This document shows positions 19,665 to 30,322 of a DNA stretch of 64,000 bases, one piece after another; the first letter of the stretch is position 1, and every line of letters starts with the position of its first letter. The notes under the pieces were generated by a model. The model saw nothing but the letters and a program-made list of their open reading frames with translations, was not told the DNA's origin and made no database searches. The position numbers and the translations under genes were made by a program. Source of the DNA: an uncultured Solirubrobacterales bacterium (GTDB lineage: Bacteria; Actinomycetota; Thermoleophilia; Solirubrobacterales; 70-9); assembly GCA_963805455.1 (NCBI GenBank), contig CAWDUJ010000004.1, positions 32,627 through 96,626 on the forward strand, given 5' to 3'.

Positions 19665-21307
19665 ATGCGCTCGGGCGCGGAGATCCCGAGCAGGCCGAGC
19701 GAGCCGGCGATCGTCCGCATGGTCAGCAGGCAGAGCGCCAGCCGTGCCTGCTCGACACCCTCCCCCTCGGCGCCGACCACCTGGCAGTCGCGGTAGAAGG
19801 CGTGGAAGTCGGCCGCGACCGCGGTCGAGTAGGTGCAGATCCGGTGCGGGGCGCGGCGGGCCGCCGCCTCGCGGACCTCGTCGGGGAACTCGAGGAGGCG
19901 CTTGATCAGCACCTTCTCGGCGGGCTCGAGGGCGGCCTCGGGCACGACCTCTGCGGACGCGTCCGGCGCCGCCGCGCCCTCTGCCTTGCGGAGGATGCTG
20001 GCGATCCGGGCGTGGGCGTACTGGACGTAGTAGACCGGGTTGTCGCTGGACTCGCGCCGGGCGAGCTCGACGTCGAGGTCGACGGTCGTCTCGTGGCTGC
20101 GCCAGAGCATGAACCAGCGGGTCGCGTCGACCCCGATCTCGTCGACCAGCTCGTCGAGGGTGACGAACTCGCCGCTGCGCTTCGACATCTGCGCCCGCTC
20201 GCCGCCTTCGACGAGGTGGACGAGGCTCATGATCAGCGGCTCGAGCAGGTCGGGGTCCTCGCCGAGCGCGGCGATCACGGCCTTCAGCCGGGGCGCGTAG
20301 CCGTGATGGTCGGCGCCGAGGACGTCGATCAGCAGCTCGAACCCGCGCTCGAGCTTGTCCCAGTGGTAGGCGACGTCGGCGGCGAGATAGGTCGGTTCGC
20401 CGTCGGCCCGGATCAGGACCCGATCCTTGTCGTCGCCGAAATCGGTGCTGCGCATCCAGAGTGCGCCGTTGCTCCTGTAGCTGTGGCCCTCCTTCTCGAG
20501 CTGGGCCAGCGCCGACTCGACCTCACCGCTCGCGTAGAGGTCGCGCTCGGAGAACCAGGTGTCGAAGCGGACGCCGAACCGGTCGAGCGTCGCCTTGACT
20601 TCCTCGAGGGTGAGCTCGACCGCGCGGCGGCCGAGCGCCTCGGCGTCGCCGGGGTCGGCTCCCTCCTCCTTCAGACGCGCCGCGAGGGCCTCGATGTGAG
20701 GGCCGGTGTAGCCGTCCTCCGGCGGCTCGGCCCCGGTCATCTGGGCGGCCACCGAGGCCGCGAAGCGGGTCACCTGGCCGCCGCCGTCGTTGACGTAGTA
20801 CTCGCGCTTGACATCGTGGCCGACCGCCTCGAGCAGGCGCACGAGGGAGTCGCCGTAAGCGGCGTGGCGGCCGCCGCCGACGTGGAGCGGCCCGGTCGGG
20901 TTGGCGGAGACGAACTCGACGAGGATCCGCTGCGGCGAGGAGGTCGGGACCGGCCCGAGGCTCTCGCCGGCCTCACCGAGGCGCGCCAGGGCGCGCCGGT
21001 ACCAGACGTCAGAGAGGAAGAGGTTGACGAACCCGGGGCCCGCGACCTCGACCCGGTCGACGCTCCCGCTCGAGACGAGATCGCGCTCGAGCTCGGCGCA
21101 GATGCGCGCCGCGACGTCTCGGGGCGCTTCCCCGAGCGAGGCGGCGAGCAGCATCGCCGCGTTGGAGCTGTAGTCGCCCAACTCGGGCTTCGGCGGGCGG
21201 TCGAGAGAGGGCTCCTGACCGGTCGCCTCACCCTCGCGCAGGGCACGCGCTGCCTCGTTCACTGCCGAGCGGAGCTCTGCGATCGAGTCGGTCACGGTCA
21301 CCATCAT
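19661..21307 (-). CDS. argS: Arginine--tRNA ligase
   Basis: 548 aa. SANPTGPLHVGGGRH (HIGH region) and a QMSKRSG (KMSK-like) motif. Confidence 0.95.
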   Translation of the reverse strand: MMVTVTDSIAELRSAVNEAARALREGEATGQEPSLDRPPKPELGDYSSNAAMLLAASLGEAPRDVAARICAELERDLVSSGSVDRVEVAGPGFVNLFLSDVWYRRALARLGEAGESLGPVPTSSPQRILVEFVSANPTGPLHVGGGRHAAYGDSLVRLLEAVGHDVKREYYVNDGGGQVTRFAASVAAQMTGAEPPEDGYTGPHIEALAARLKEEGADPGDAEALGRRAVELTLEEVKATLDRFGVRFDTWFSERDLYASGEVESALAQLEKEGHSYRSNGALWMRSTDFGDDKDRVLIRADGEPTYLAADVAYHWDKLERGFELLIDVLGADHHGYAPRLKAVIAALGEDPDLLEPLIMSLVHLVEGGERAQMSKRSGEFVTLDELVDEIGVDATRWFMLWRSHETTVDLDVELARRESSDNPVYYVQYAHARIASILRKAEGAAAPDASAEVVPEAALEPAEKVLIKRLLEFPDEVREAAARRAPHRICTYSTAVAADFHAFYRDCQVVGAEGEGVEQARLALCLLTMRTIAGSLGLLGISAPERM

Positions 21308-21348
21308 GATCGTATGAGCCAGAGTAGGCGCCGAGTACGCTGGCCCCC

Positions 21349-22086
21349 GTGCGCGTCGCGGTGATCGCCGACATCCATTCCAACCTGGCCGCCCTCGAGG
21401 CCTGCCTGGACTCGATCGGGGAGGCGGAGATCGACGAGATCTGGTGTCTCGGCGACATCGTCGGCTACGGCCCCGAGCCCGACGCCTGCACGGAGCTGGT
21501 TCGGGAGCGGTGCTCGCTCTGCCTGGCCGGCAACCACGACCTGGCGGTCCTCGACGCGCTCGACATCGAGTCCTTCTCGGAGACCGCGGCGACGGCCGTC
21601 AAATGGACCCAGGGAGCGGTCGGCACCGAGACGCTGGAGTTCCTGCGCGAGCTGGAGCCATCCGGGCAGAGGGGTGGGATCGACCTCCACCACGCCTCCC
21701 CCCGCGACCCGATCTGGGAGTACGTCCTCACCGGCGAGCAGGCGGATGCCTGTCTCGACGTGCAGGCGGAGCGGATCTGCGCGATCGGCCACTCCCACGT
21801 CGCCCTCTTCTTCACCCGCCACGACGGGGCCCACGGCCACGTCCGCGGCGCCCAGGCCAGCGACGGGACGCTGCTCGAGACCGGCGACGGCAGGTGGTTG
21901 GTCAACCCGGGCAGCGTCGGCCAGCCGCGGGACGGCGACCCGCGGGCAGCATGGCTTGCGCTCGACACCGAGGCCGACACAGTGATGTTCCATCGCGTCT
22001 GGTACGACATCGAGCGCACCGCGGAGTCGATCGCCGCCGCCGACCTGCCGAAACCGCTCGCCGACCGCCTCTTCGTCGGCCATTGA
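21349..22086 (+). CDS. Metallophosphoesterase family protein
   Basis: VIADIHSN, LGDIVGYG and GNHD motifs. Confidence 0.85.
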   Translation: MRVAVIADIHSNLAALEACLDSIGEAEIDEIWCLGDIVGYGPEPDACTELVRERCSLCLAGNHDLAVLDALDIESFSETAATAVKWTQGAVGTETLEFLRELEPSGQRGGIDLHHASPRDPIWEYVLTGEQADACLDVQAERICAIGHSHVALFFTRHDGAHGHVRGAQASDGTLLETGDGRWLVNPGSVGQPRDGDPRAAWLALDTEADTVMFHRVWYDIERTAESIAAADLPKPLADRLFVGH

Positions 22087-22138
22087 TGGGCAGATGCAGG
22101 TGAATTTCGTTCGCAACGCTGTTCTCTAGACTCGCCGG

Positions 22139-22720
22139 GTGATGGCTCTCCTGGTCAGAACGACGATCGTCGCCTCGCTGAGCGCCCTTGCGGTGGCGGC
22201 GCTCTCCGCCTGCGGCGGCGAAGACGCGAAGCTGCTGCCGGGTGAAACCGCGCGGGAGATCACCGCGAACCTCGACTCCGTCAAGCAGCTCACCGACGAA
22301 GGCGACTGTGTCGGCGCTGAAAGCGCGGCGGCCCAGGTCGGCGAACAGATCGAAGCGCTGAGCGGCGTCGACCGCAAGCTGAAGGAAGCTCTCGACAAGG
22401 GCGCCGAACGGCTGAACGAAGTCGTCGACGAATGCGAACAGGCGGAAGAACCCGAGGCGGTGGCACCCGCCGAAATCCCCACCGACGAAGCTGAAGAAGC
22501 GCCCGACAAGAAGGCCGAAAAGGAAGAAGAGAAAGCGGAAAAGGAACGCGAAAAGGAAGAACGCGCGCAGGAAAAAGAAGCGCCGCCGCCTGCCCCGGAA
22601 AACGAAGCCGGACCACCCGGGCAGGAAAAAATCCCGCCAGGACAGGAAAAGAAGGAAGAACCCTCCTCGGGTGGGGTCGAATCGGCGAGCCCGGTCGAAA
22701 ACGGACGGGGCGAACAGTGA
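22139..22720 (+). CDS. Lipoprotein with Glu/Lys-rich low-complexity C-terminal half
   Basis: Lipobox LSAC, followed by KKAEKEEEKAEKEREKEERAQEKE. Its stop overlaps the kinase start. Confidence 0.6.
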   Translation: MMALLVRTTIVASLSALAVAALSACGGEDAKLLPGETAREITANLDSVKQLTDEGDCVGAESAAAQVGEQIEALSGVDRKLKEALDKGAERLNEVVDECEQAEEPEAVAPAEIPTDEAEEAPDKKAEKEEEKAEKEREKEERAQEKEAPPPAPENEAGPPGQEKIPPGQEKKEEPSSGGVESASPVENGRGEQ

Positions 22721-23928
22721 TGGAGGCCGGGCTCCTATCCGGGCGCTATGAGATCGACGGGCGCCTCGGCTCGGGCGGGATGTCGACGGTGCATCGGGCA
22801 ACCGACCGCATCCTCGAGCGCACCGTCGCGGTCAAGATCCTCGCCGAGCACCTCTCCGACGACGACCGGTTCGTCGCCCGCTTCCGGCGCGAGGCGCTCG
22901 CCGTCGCGAAACTGATCCACCCCAACATCGTCCAGGTCTACGACACCGGGATCGACCAGGGGCGCCATTACATCGTCATGGAGTTCGTCGAGGGGCGCTC
23001 CGGAGCTCAGATCCTGCAGAGCCAGGGCTCGCTCGAGCCGAGGTTCGCGGCCGAGATCGGGATCCAGTCCTGCGCCGGGCTCGACTATGCCCATCGCCGC
23101 GGGATCATCCACCGCGACGTCAAGCCGGGGAACCTGATGATCGTCGGCGGCCCGCTCGGCGGCGACGAGCTGACGGTGAAACTGACCGACTTCGGGATCG
23201 CCCGGGCGATCGAACAGACGCGGATCACCCAGGTCGGCTCGGTGGTCGGAACCGCGGCCTACCTGTCTCCCGAGCAGGTGCGGGGCGAGGAGGCGACGCC
23301 GGCCACCGACGTCTACGCGCTCGGCGTCGTCATCTACCAGTTCCTTACCGGGCGCCTCCCCTACGAGGGATCGACCCTCGCCGAGCTCGCGGTCCGTCAG
23401 CAGAACGAGAGCCCGCTCCCTCCCAGCACCTATAACGACGAAGTGCCGGAGACTCTGGGCGGGGCGGTGTTGCGGGCCCTCGAGGGCGACACGAGCAGGC
23501 GCTACGCAAGCGCCGACGAGTTCGCCGGCGGCCTCCGGCTCGGCCTCGAAGGCGAGGACGTGACGCTGCCGATGGACGAGGGAACCGAGGCGACGAGGGT
23601 CCTGGGGGGCGAGCCCGCGACCCGCCGCCTGGACGAGACCGGCCGGACCGAGTTCAGGCCCGTCCCGCCGCCGCGCCCGCGCGGGACCGAACCACCGCCC
23701 CCGGTGGCCCCACCCCCATCCGCCCCCGCGAAGCGCGGCATGTTCTCGCGGTTCGCGAGGTTCGTCCTGGCGATGGTCGCGCTGGTCCTGATCGCGGCCG
23801 CGGTCGCGACCGCGGTGATCCTCGCGACCGACCGCGCCAGCGGCGTCCACGCGAAGGAAGTGGCCGGCGACTCAGTGAACAAGGTCGTGGACGAGTTCAA
23901 GGAACTGGTCGAAAAGAACACGGAATGA
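22717..23928 (+). CDS. Hanks-type Ser/Thr protein kinase with C-terminal TM anchor
   Basis: GSGGMSTV, VAVK, HRDVKPGNLM, DFG, SPE. A Pro-rich linker precedes a TM helix. Confidence 0.9.
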   Translation: MMEAGLLSGRYEIDGRLGSGGMSTVHRATDRILERTVAVKILAEHLSDDDRFVARFRREALAVAKLIHPNIVQVYDTGIDQGRHYIVMEFVEGRSGAQILQSQGSLEPRFAAEIGIQSCAGLDYAHRRGIIHRDVKPGNLMIVGGPLGGDELTVKLTDFGIARAIEQTRITQVGSVVGTAAYLSPEQVRGEEATPATDVYALGVVIYQFLTGRLPYEGSTLAELAVRQQNESPLPPSTYNDEVPETLGGAVLRALEGDTSRRYASADEFAGGLRLGLEGEDVTLPMDEGTEATRVLGGEPATRRLDETGRTEFRPVPPPRPRGTEPPPPVAPPPSAPAKRGMFSRFARFVLAMVALVLIAAAVATAVILATDRASGVHAKEVAGDSVNKVVDEFKELVEKNTE

Positions 23929-23935
23929 GGTCGTG

Positions 23936-24043
23936 GGGGGTCCGGGCCACCCTCCTCTCTCAACTTTTTGGAATTTCTAGGCGTTCTCCGCGAAACGCCG
24001 GGGCCAAAAAGTACAAGCCGTTCGGAGGGAGGCCCGAACCCCC
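23936..24043. repeat. Three-tier nested inverted repeat (extended hairpin) between convergent genes
   Basis: Outer stem 23936-23955/24024-24043 pairs 18 of 20. Middle stem is ACTTTTTGG/CCAAAAAGT (23963-23971/24004-24012). Inner stem is GGCGTT/AACGCC (23980-23985/23994-23999). Confidence 0.7.
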
Positions 24044-24065
24044 AGACGGCCGCATTCCGGGTCCT

Positions 24066-25274
24066 TTAAGACCGTGAGCTGTATGGCGAGCCTCCGGACA
24101 TGATGCTGGAGCTGTAGTCGCTGAACTTCCCGGCCTCGATGGAGCGCCGCGCGCCCGACAACAGGTGATGCAGGAAGGTGAGGTTGTGGAGGCAGAGGAG
24201 GCGGACGGCGGTCAGCTCCTCGGCCCGCGAGAGGTAGGAGAGGTAGTCGCGGTCGTGGCGGGTGCAGGCGTCGCAGGGGCAGCCCTCGACGAGCGGCTCT
24301 CGGTTTCCCTCCCAGCCGGCCTTGCGGAGGTCGAGGCGGAAGCGCTCGCCCGGGTCGGGGACGAGCGCGGTGCCGTGGCGGGCGAGGCGGGTTGGGATGG
24401 CGCAGTCGAAGACGTCGAGGCCGAGGGCGATGCCGGCCATCAGGTCGTCAATGTCGCCGATTCCGAGCAGGTGCTTCGGGGCCTCTTCGGGCAGGAGCGG
24501 CGCGGTCAGCTCGAGCACGCCCCGCATCTCCTCCTTGTCGCGCCCGAGCGTCCCGCCGATCGCGATCCCGTCGACCGCCGAGTCCGAGACGGCCTGCGCC
24601 GACTCGCGCCGAAGATCCTCGTGGATGCCGCCCTGGACGATCCCGAACACCGCCTGGCGCTCGGGGCCGTGGCGGTCGTGCCACTCGAGGCAGCGGCCGA
24701 GCCAGCGATGCGTCCTCTCCATCGATCGCGCGGTGTACTCGCGGTCGGCGTGGTAGGGCGTGCACTCGTCGAAGACGAGCGCGATGTCGGAGCCGAGCTT
24801 GGCCTGCACCTCCATCGAGACCTCGGGTGAGATGAACAGCTCCGCGCCGTCCCGGTAGGAGCGGAAGCTGACCCCGTCCTCGTCGATCTTGACGACCGAG
24901 CCGTGCCCTCCTCCCGGCCGCCCGCTGCCCTTGACCTCGTCGGCGACGCCGCCGTGGGCCAGGGAGAAGACCTGGAAGCCGCCTGAGTCGGTTATCAGCG
25001 CCCGCTCCCAACCCATGAACCCGTGGAGGCCCCCGGCCGCGGCGATCCGGTCGGGGCCCGGGGAGACGAACAGGTGGTAGGTGTTGCCGAGGATCAGCTG
25101 ATAGCCGAGCGCGGCGACCTCGTCACCGTCGAGCGAGCGGACCGTCCCCTTGGTCGCGAGCGGGATGAAGGCGGGCGTCTCGACCGGGCCGTGGACGGTC
25201 TGCAGCACCCCCGCCCTGGCGGCGCCGTCACTGGCTCCGATCTCGAAGCTCAGCCGCTGCGGGTCAAGCCTCAT
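24066..25274 (-). CDS. tgt: Queuine tRNA-ribosyltransferase
   Basis: LGNTYHL, TDSGGFQVFSL and the zinc site CPCDACTRH. Confidence 0.95.
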   Translation of the reverse strand: MRLDPQRLSFEIGASDGAARAGVLQTVHGPVETPAFIPLATKGTVRSLDGDEVAALGYQLILGNTYHLFVSPGPDRIAAAGGLHGFMGWERALITDSGGFQVFSLAHGGVADEVKGSGRPGGGHGSVVKIDEDGVSFRSYRDGAELFISPEVSMEVQAKLGSDIALVFDECTPYHADREYTARSMERTHRWLGRCLEWHDRHGPERQAVFGIVQGGIHEDLRRESAQAVSDSAVDGIAIGGTLGRDKEEMRGVLELTAPLLPEEAPKHLLGIGDIDDLMAGIALGLDVFDCAIPTRLARHGTALVPDPGERFRLDLRKAGWEGNREPLVEGCPCDACTRHDRDYLSYLSRAEELTAVRLLCLHNLTFLHHLLSGARRSIEAGKFSDYSSSIMSGGSPYSSRS

Positions 25275-26784
25275 CGAGCAACGACCGCCCGCTCATCGCC
25301 TCCGGCTGCTCGATTCCGAGCAGCTGCAAAGCGGTCGGGGCGACGTCGGCCAGGACCCCGCCCGAGCGCAGCTCGAGCCCGGCCGCGGTGACGATCAGCG
25401 GCACCGGGTTCAGCGAGTGGGCGGTGTTGGGCGAGCCGTCGGGCTCGAGCATGTGGTCGCAATTGCCGTGGTCGGCGGTGATGATGCAGGCACCGCCGGT
25501 ATCGATGACCGCAGCGACGACCTCGCCGAGACAGGCGTCGACCGCTTCGACCGCGGTGACCGCGGCCGGGATCACGCCGGTGTGGCCGACCATGTCCGGG
25601 TTGGCGAAGTTGAGGACCCCGAAGCCGTACTCGCCGCCCGACCAGCCGTCGACGAACGCGGCGGCGGCGGCCCGGGCGCTCATCTCCGGCTTGCGGTCAT
25701 AGGTCGGGACCTCGCGCGCGGACTCGACCAGCCGCCGGTCTTCCCCCTCCCACTCCTGCTCGCGGCCGCCGTTGAAGAAGTAGGTGACGTGGGCGTACTT
25801 CTCGGTCTCGGCGACGTGGAGCTGGCGCCTGCCGGACTCGGCGATCACCTCGGCCAGGGTCGTCTGCGGGCGCGCCTCGGGGAAGGCGACCGGGTAGGGC
25901 CAGCCCTGGCGGTACTCGGTCATCGTCGTCAGGTCGAGGACCGGGCCGCCGCTGCGCGAGAACTCCTCGAAGCCGGGTTCGGCCAGCGCCCGGGTCAGCT
26001 CGCGGGCGCGATCGGGGCGGAAGTTGAGGAAGATCGCGACGTCGCCCGCCGCCGCCCCGTCGTACCCGCCGATCACCGTCGGCTTGATGAACTCGTCGGT
26101 CTCGTCGCGGTCGTATGAGGCCTTGATCGACTCCGCCGAGGTCTCGGCGCCGAGGCCGCGGCCGTGGACGATCGCGTCATAGGCGAGCTTGGTCCGCTCC
26201 CAGCGGGTGTCGCGATCCATCGCGTAGAAGCGGCCGGAGACGGTTCCGACCCGACCCGCCCGGTAAAGCCAGCGCTCGAGCTCCTCGACGTAGCCGGCGC
26301 CTCCGTGGGGCAGGGTGTCGCGGCCGTCGGTGAAGGCGTGGAAGACGACGTCGGGGACGCCCTCCTGGGTGGCGAGCTCGATCGCGGCCTCGATGTGCTC
26401 CCAGCCGGAGTGGACGCCGCCGTCGGAGACGAGCCCGAGCAGGTGGAGCCGGCCGCGGGGACTGCGGCGGGCACGCTCACAGGCCGCCCTCAGGGCATCG
26501 TTCTCGAAGAAGCTGCCGTCGGCGACCGCGTCGTCGATTCGGGCCAGGTCCTGCTTGACGACGGCGCCGGCGCCGAGGTTGAGGTGGCCGACCTCGGAGT
26601 TGCCCATCTGCCCTTCGGGGAGGCCGACGTCGCGCCCCTGGGCGGAGAGCTGCGTGTGGGGGAACTCCGCCCAGAGCCGGTCGAAGACCGGCGTCTCGGC
26701 GAGCGAGATCGCGTTGCCGGGGCCGGAGTCGGCGATACCCCAGCCGTCGAGGATGACCAGCGCGACCGAGGGGACGGTGGGCAC
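25264..26784 (-). CDS. gpmI: 2,3-bisphosphoglycerate-independent phosphoglycerate mutase
   Basis: LVILDGWG, SEVGHLNLGAG, RFYAMDRD, ADHGN. Confidence 0.95.
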   Translation of the reverse strand: MPTVPSVALVILDGWGIADSGPGNAISLAETPVFDRLWAEFPHTQLSAQGRDVGLPEGQMGNSEVGHLNLGAGAVVKQDLARIDDAVADGSFFENDALRAACERARRSPRGRLHLLGLVSDGGVHSGWEHIEAAIELATQEGVPDVVFHAFTDGRDTLPHGGAGYVEELERWLYRAGRVGTVSGRFYAMDRDTRWERTKLAYDAIVHGRGLGAETSAESIKASYDRDETDEFIKPTVIGGYDGAAAGDVAIFLNFRPDRARELTRALAEPGFEEFSRSGGPVLDLTTMTEYRQGWPYPVAFPEARPQTTLAEVIAESGRRQLHVAETEKYAHVTYFFNGGREQEWEGEDRRLVESAREVPTYDRKPEMSARAAAAAFVDGWSGGEYGFGVLNFANPDMVGHTGVIPAAVTAVEAVDACLGEVVAAVIDTGGACIITADHGNCDHMLEPDGSPNTAHSLNPVPLIVTAAGLELRSGGVLADVAPTALQLLGIEQPEAMSGRSLLDEA

Positions 26785-27560
26785 TACCCGGCCGCCTCGA
26801 CGATCGCCGCGAATTCGGCCGGATCGAGGCTGGCGCCGCCGACCAGGGCCCCGTCGATGTCGGGCTGGGCCATCAGCTCGGCCGCGTTGTCGGGCTTGAC
26901 CGAGCCGCCGTAGAGGATCCGGACCCGGTCGGCCTCCGCCCCGCCCTCGCGCAGCACGTCGCGGATGAAGGCGATCGTCTCCTGGGCCTGCTCGGGGGTC
27001 GCGGTGCGACCTGTCCCGATCGCCCAGATCGGCTCGTAGGCGATCGTCACCTCCGCCACCCGGGTCGGATCGACGGCGGCGAGATCGGCCCGCAGCTGGC
27101 CCTCGAGCACGGCGTCAGTCTGTTCCGCGTCACGGGCCTCCTCGGTCTCGCCGACACAGAGGATCGGGTCGAGACCCGCCGCGAGCGCCGCCGGGACCTT
27201 GCGAGCCAGGGCCTCGTCGGTCTCGCCGAAGAGCTGGCGGCGCTCGGAGTGGCCGAGGATGACCGCCTCGACGTCGGCCTCGACCAGCATCGGCGCCGAG
27301 ACCTCACCGGTGAACGCCCCGGACTCCCCCTCGTGCATGTTCTGGGCGGCGACACGGACGGCGCTCCCGCGCGATCGCTCGACCACCTCGCTCAGCGCGA
27401 GGAAGGACGGGCAGATGACGACGTCGTGCTGGGTGGCGGCGATTCGCGGCAGCAGCGCGTCGACGAACTCCGCCGCCTCGGCGACGGTCTTGTTCATCTT
27501 CCAGTTGGCGGCCAATAACGGGGTCCGCGTGCTCTGCTCCCGCTCGCTCGCGCTCATCAT
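26784..27560 (-). CDS. tpiA: Triose-phosphate isomerase
   Basis: AANWKMN, GHSERR, AYEPIWAIGTG. Start taken at ATGATG 27555-27560, overlapping the pgk stop. The longer track ORF is a shadow over pgk. Confidence 0.9.
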   Translation of the reverse strand: MMSASEREQSTRTPLLAANWKMNKTVAEAAEFVDALLPRIAATQHDVVICPSFLALSEVVERSRGSAVRVAAQNMHEGESGAFTGEVSAPMLVEADVEAVILGHSERRQLFGETDEALARKVPAALAAGLDPILCVGETEEARDAEQTDAVLEGQLRADLAAVDPTRVAEVTIAYEPIWAIGTGRTATPEQAQETIAFIRDVLREGGAEADRVRILYGGSVKPDNAAELMAQPDIDGALVGGASLDPAEFAAIVEAAG

Positions 27561-27604
27561 CCCCGGTTTCCTCGCTCGCTCGCACCCGCGTCCGCCGCGG
27601 ACCC
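27521..27604 (-). repeat. Palindromic element copy J (family A), straddling the pgk stop and tpiA start
   Basis: Terminal arms GGGTCCGCG/CGCGGACCC. Shares the 16-mer CCGCGGCGGACGCGGG and the 18-mer CGGGAGCAGAGCACGCGG with copy U. Confidence 0.75.
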
Positions 27605-28873
27605 GCGGTCTAGTAGTGCCTCCACTCCGGGCAGGGTTTTTCCCTCCAATAGCTCCAAGGATGCTCCTCCTCCGGTTGAAATCCAGTCGATTCGGTCGGC
27701 CAGCCCGAACTGGTGCACTGCCGCGACCGAATCGCCGCCGCCGACCACGGTCATCCCCGGCGCCGCGGCGACCGCCTCGGCGACGGTGCGGGTCGCCGCG
27801 GCGAAGGGCTCGAGCTCGAAGGCGCCCATCGGGCCGTTCCAGAGGACCGTTCCGGCCGCGGCGATCGCCTCCGCGTAGGAGGCCGCGGTGCGGGGGCCGA
27901 CGTCGAGGCCCATCCAGCCGTCGGGGACCTCGACCCCGTCGCTCTCGCGGCGCTCGGTCTCGGCGTCGAAGCTCCTGCCGAGGACGAGGTCGACGGGGAG
28001 CTCCAGATCGCAGTCCGATCCCTCGGCCCGCCTCAGCGCCTCGGCGGCGAGCTTCACCCCCTCCTCCTCGACCAGCGAGTCGCCGGTGGCGATCCCCTCG
28101 GCGCGGAAGAAGCTGAAGCACATCGCGCCGCCGATCAGGATCCGGTCGGCGATCTCGAGAAAGCGGTCGATGACCCCGACCTTGTCGGAGACCTTGGCGC
28201 CGCCGAGGACGACCACCAGGGGCCGCGCGGGGGATTCGACGACGGCGGTCAGCTCGGTGACCTCGCGCTCGAGCAGAAGCCCGGCGTAGCCGGGCAGGAG
28301 GTGGGCGACGCCCTCGGTGCTGGCGTGGGCCCGATGGGCGGCGCCGAAGGCATCGTTGACGTAGATTCCGGCGAGGGCGGCGAGCCGCCGCGCCAACCCG
28401 GGGTCGTTCTCGGTCTCACCCGGCTCGAAGCGGAGGTTCTCGAGCAGCAGAATCTCGCCCGGGCCGAGCCCGGCGGCCAGCTCCTCGACCTCGGCGCCGA
28501 CCACCGCCGGCGCCTGCCCGACCTCGGCGCCGAGGAGCTCGGCGAGGCGGGCGCCGACCGGCGCCATCGAGAGCTCGGGGTCGGGCTTGCCGCCGGGACG
28601 CCCTAGGTGCGAGGCGAGGACGATCGAGGCGCCGCGCTCACGCAGGAGTTCGATCGTCGGCAGCGCCGCCCTGATCCGGGTGTCGTCTCCGACGACATAT
28701 TCCGCCGCCTCCTCTGCTCCCGCTCGCCCGGGAGAGTCAGATATGGATCCGGGCTCGCTCCCGCGTCCGGGGGCGGCGGGCGTGGCTTTCAAAGGTACGT
28801 TGAAATCCACGCGGAGCAGCACCCGCTCGCCCGCGACGGGGGCGTCGCGGACGCTTGCCTTCGAGAAGCTCAC
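27557..28873 (-). CDS. pgk: Phosphoglycerate kinase (carries a 26-aa in-frame insert and a 15-aa tail)
   Basis: VDFNVPL...DDTRIRAALPTI...GGGDS. Insert is PAAPGRGSEPGSISDSPGRAGAEEAA. Confidence 0.95.
   Translation of the reverse strand: MSFSKASVRDAPVAGERVLLRVDFNVPLKATPAAPGRGSEPGSISDSPGRAGAEEAAEYVVGDDTRIRAALPTIELLRERGASIVLASHLGRPGGKPDPELSMAPVGARLAELLGAEVGQAPAVVGAEVEELAAGLGPGEILLLENLRFEPGETENDPGLARRLAALAGIYVNDAFGAAHRAHASTEGVAHLLPGYAGLLLEREVTELTAVVESPARPLVVVLGGAKVSDKVGVIDRFLEIADRILIGGAMCFSFFRAEGIATGDSLVEEEGVKLAAEALRRAEGSDCDLELPVDLVLGRSFDAETERRESDGVEVPDGWMGLDVGPRTAASYAEAIAAAGTVLWNGPMGAFELEPFAAATRTVAEAVAAAPGMTVVGGGDSVAAVHQFGLADRIDWISTGGGASLELLEGKTLPGVEALLDRGSAADAGASERGNRG
28702..28779 (-). repeat. 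Palindromic element copy P (family A), in-frame inside pgk
   Basis: 78 nt. Arms CCGCCGCC/GGCGGCGG, blocks CGGACGCGGGAG, TCCATATCTGACTCT and CGGGAGCAGAG shared with copy U. Confidence 0.75.
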
Positions 28874-28886
28874 CGTCGCGAGTCGC

Positions 28887-30279
<1,393 letters not shown>

Positions 30280-30322
30280 GGCAGCGGAGGCTATACAGGC
30301 GACCGCCCCGGTGCGGAGACGG

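Noticed and set aside
23936-24043. Nested hairpin as SRP RNA or 6S RNA.
   Set aside because: It is too short for 6S RNA and lacks the SRP helix-8 GGAA/AGCA motifs.
26784-28121. 445-aa ORF extending tpiA upstream by about 186 residues. The 702-aa ORF 38889-40997 and the 364-aa ORF 30323-31417 are similar cases.
   Set aside because: The N-terminal extensions are Arg/Gly/Pro-rich and overlap the upstream gene in another frame. Internal ATG or GTG starts overlapping the upstream stop codon give proteins of normal length.
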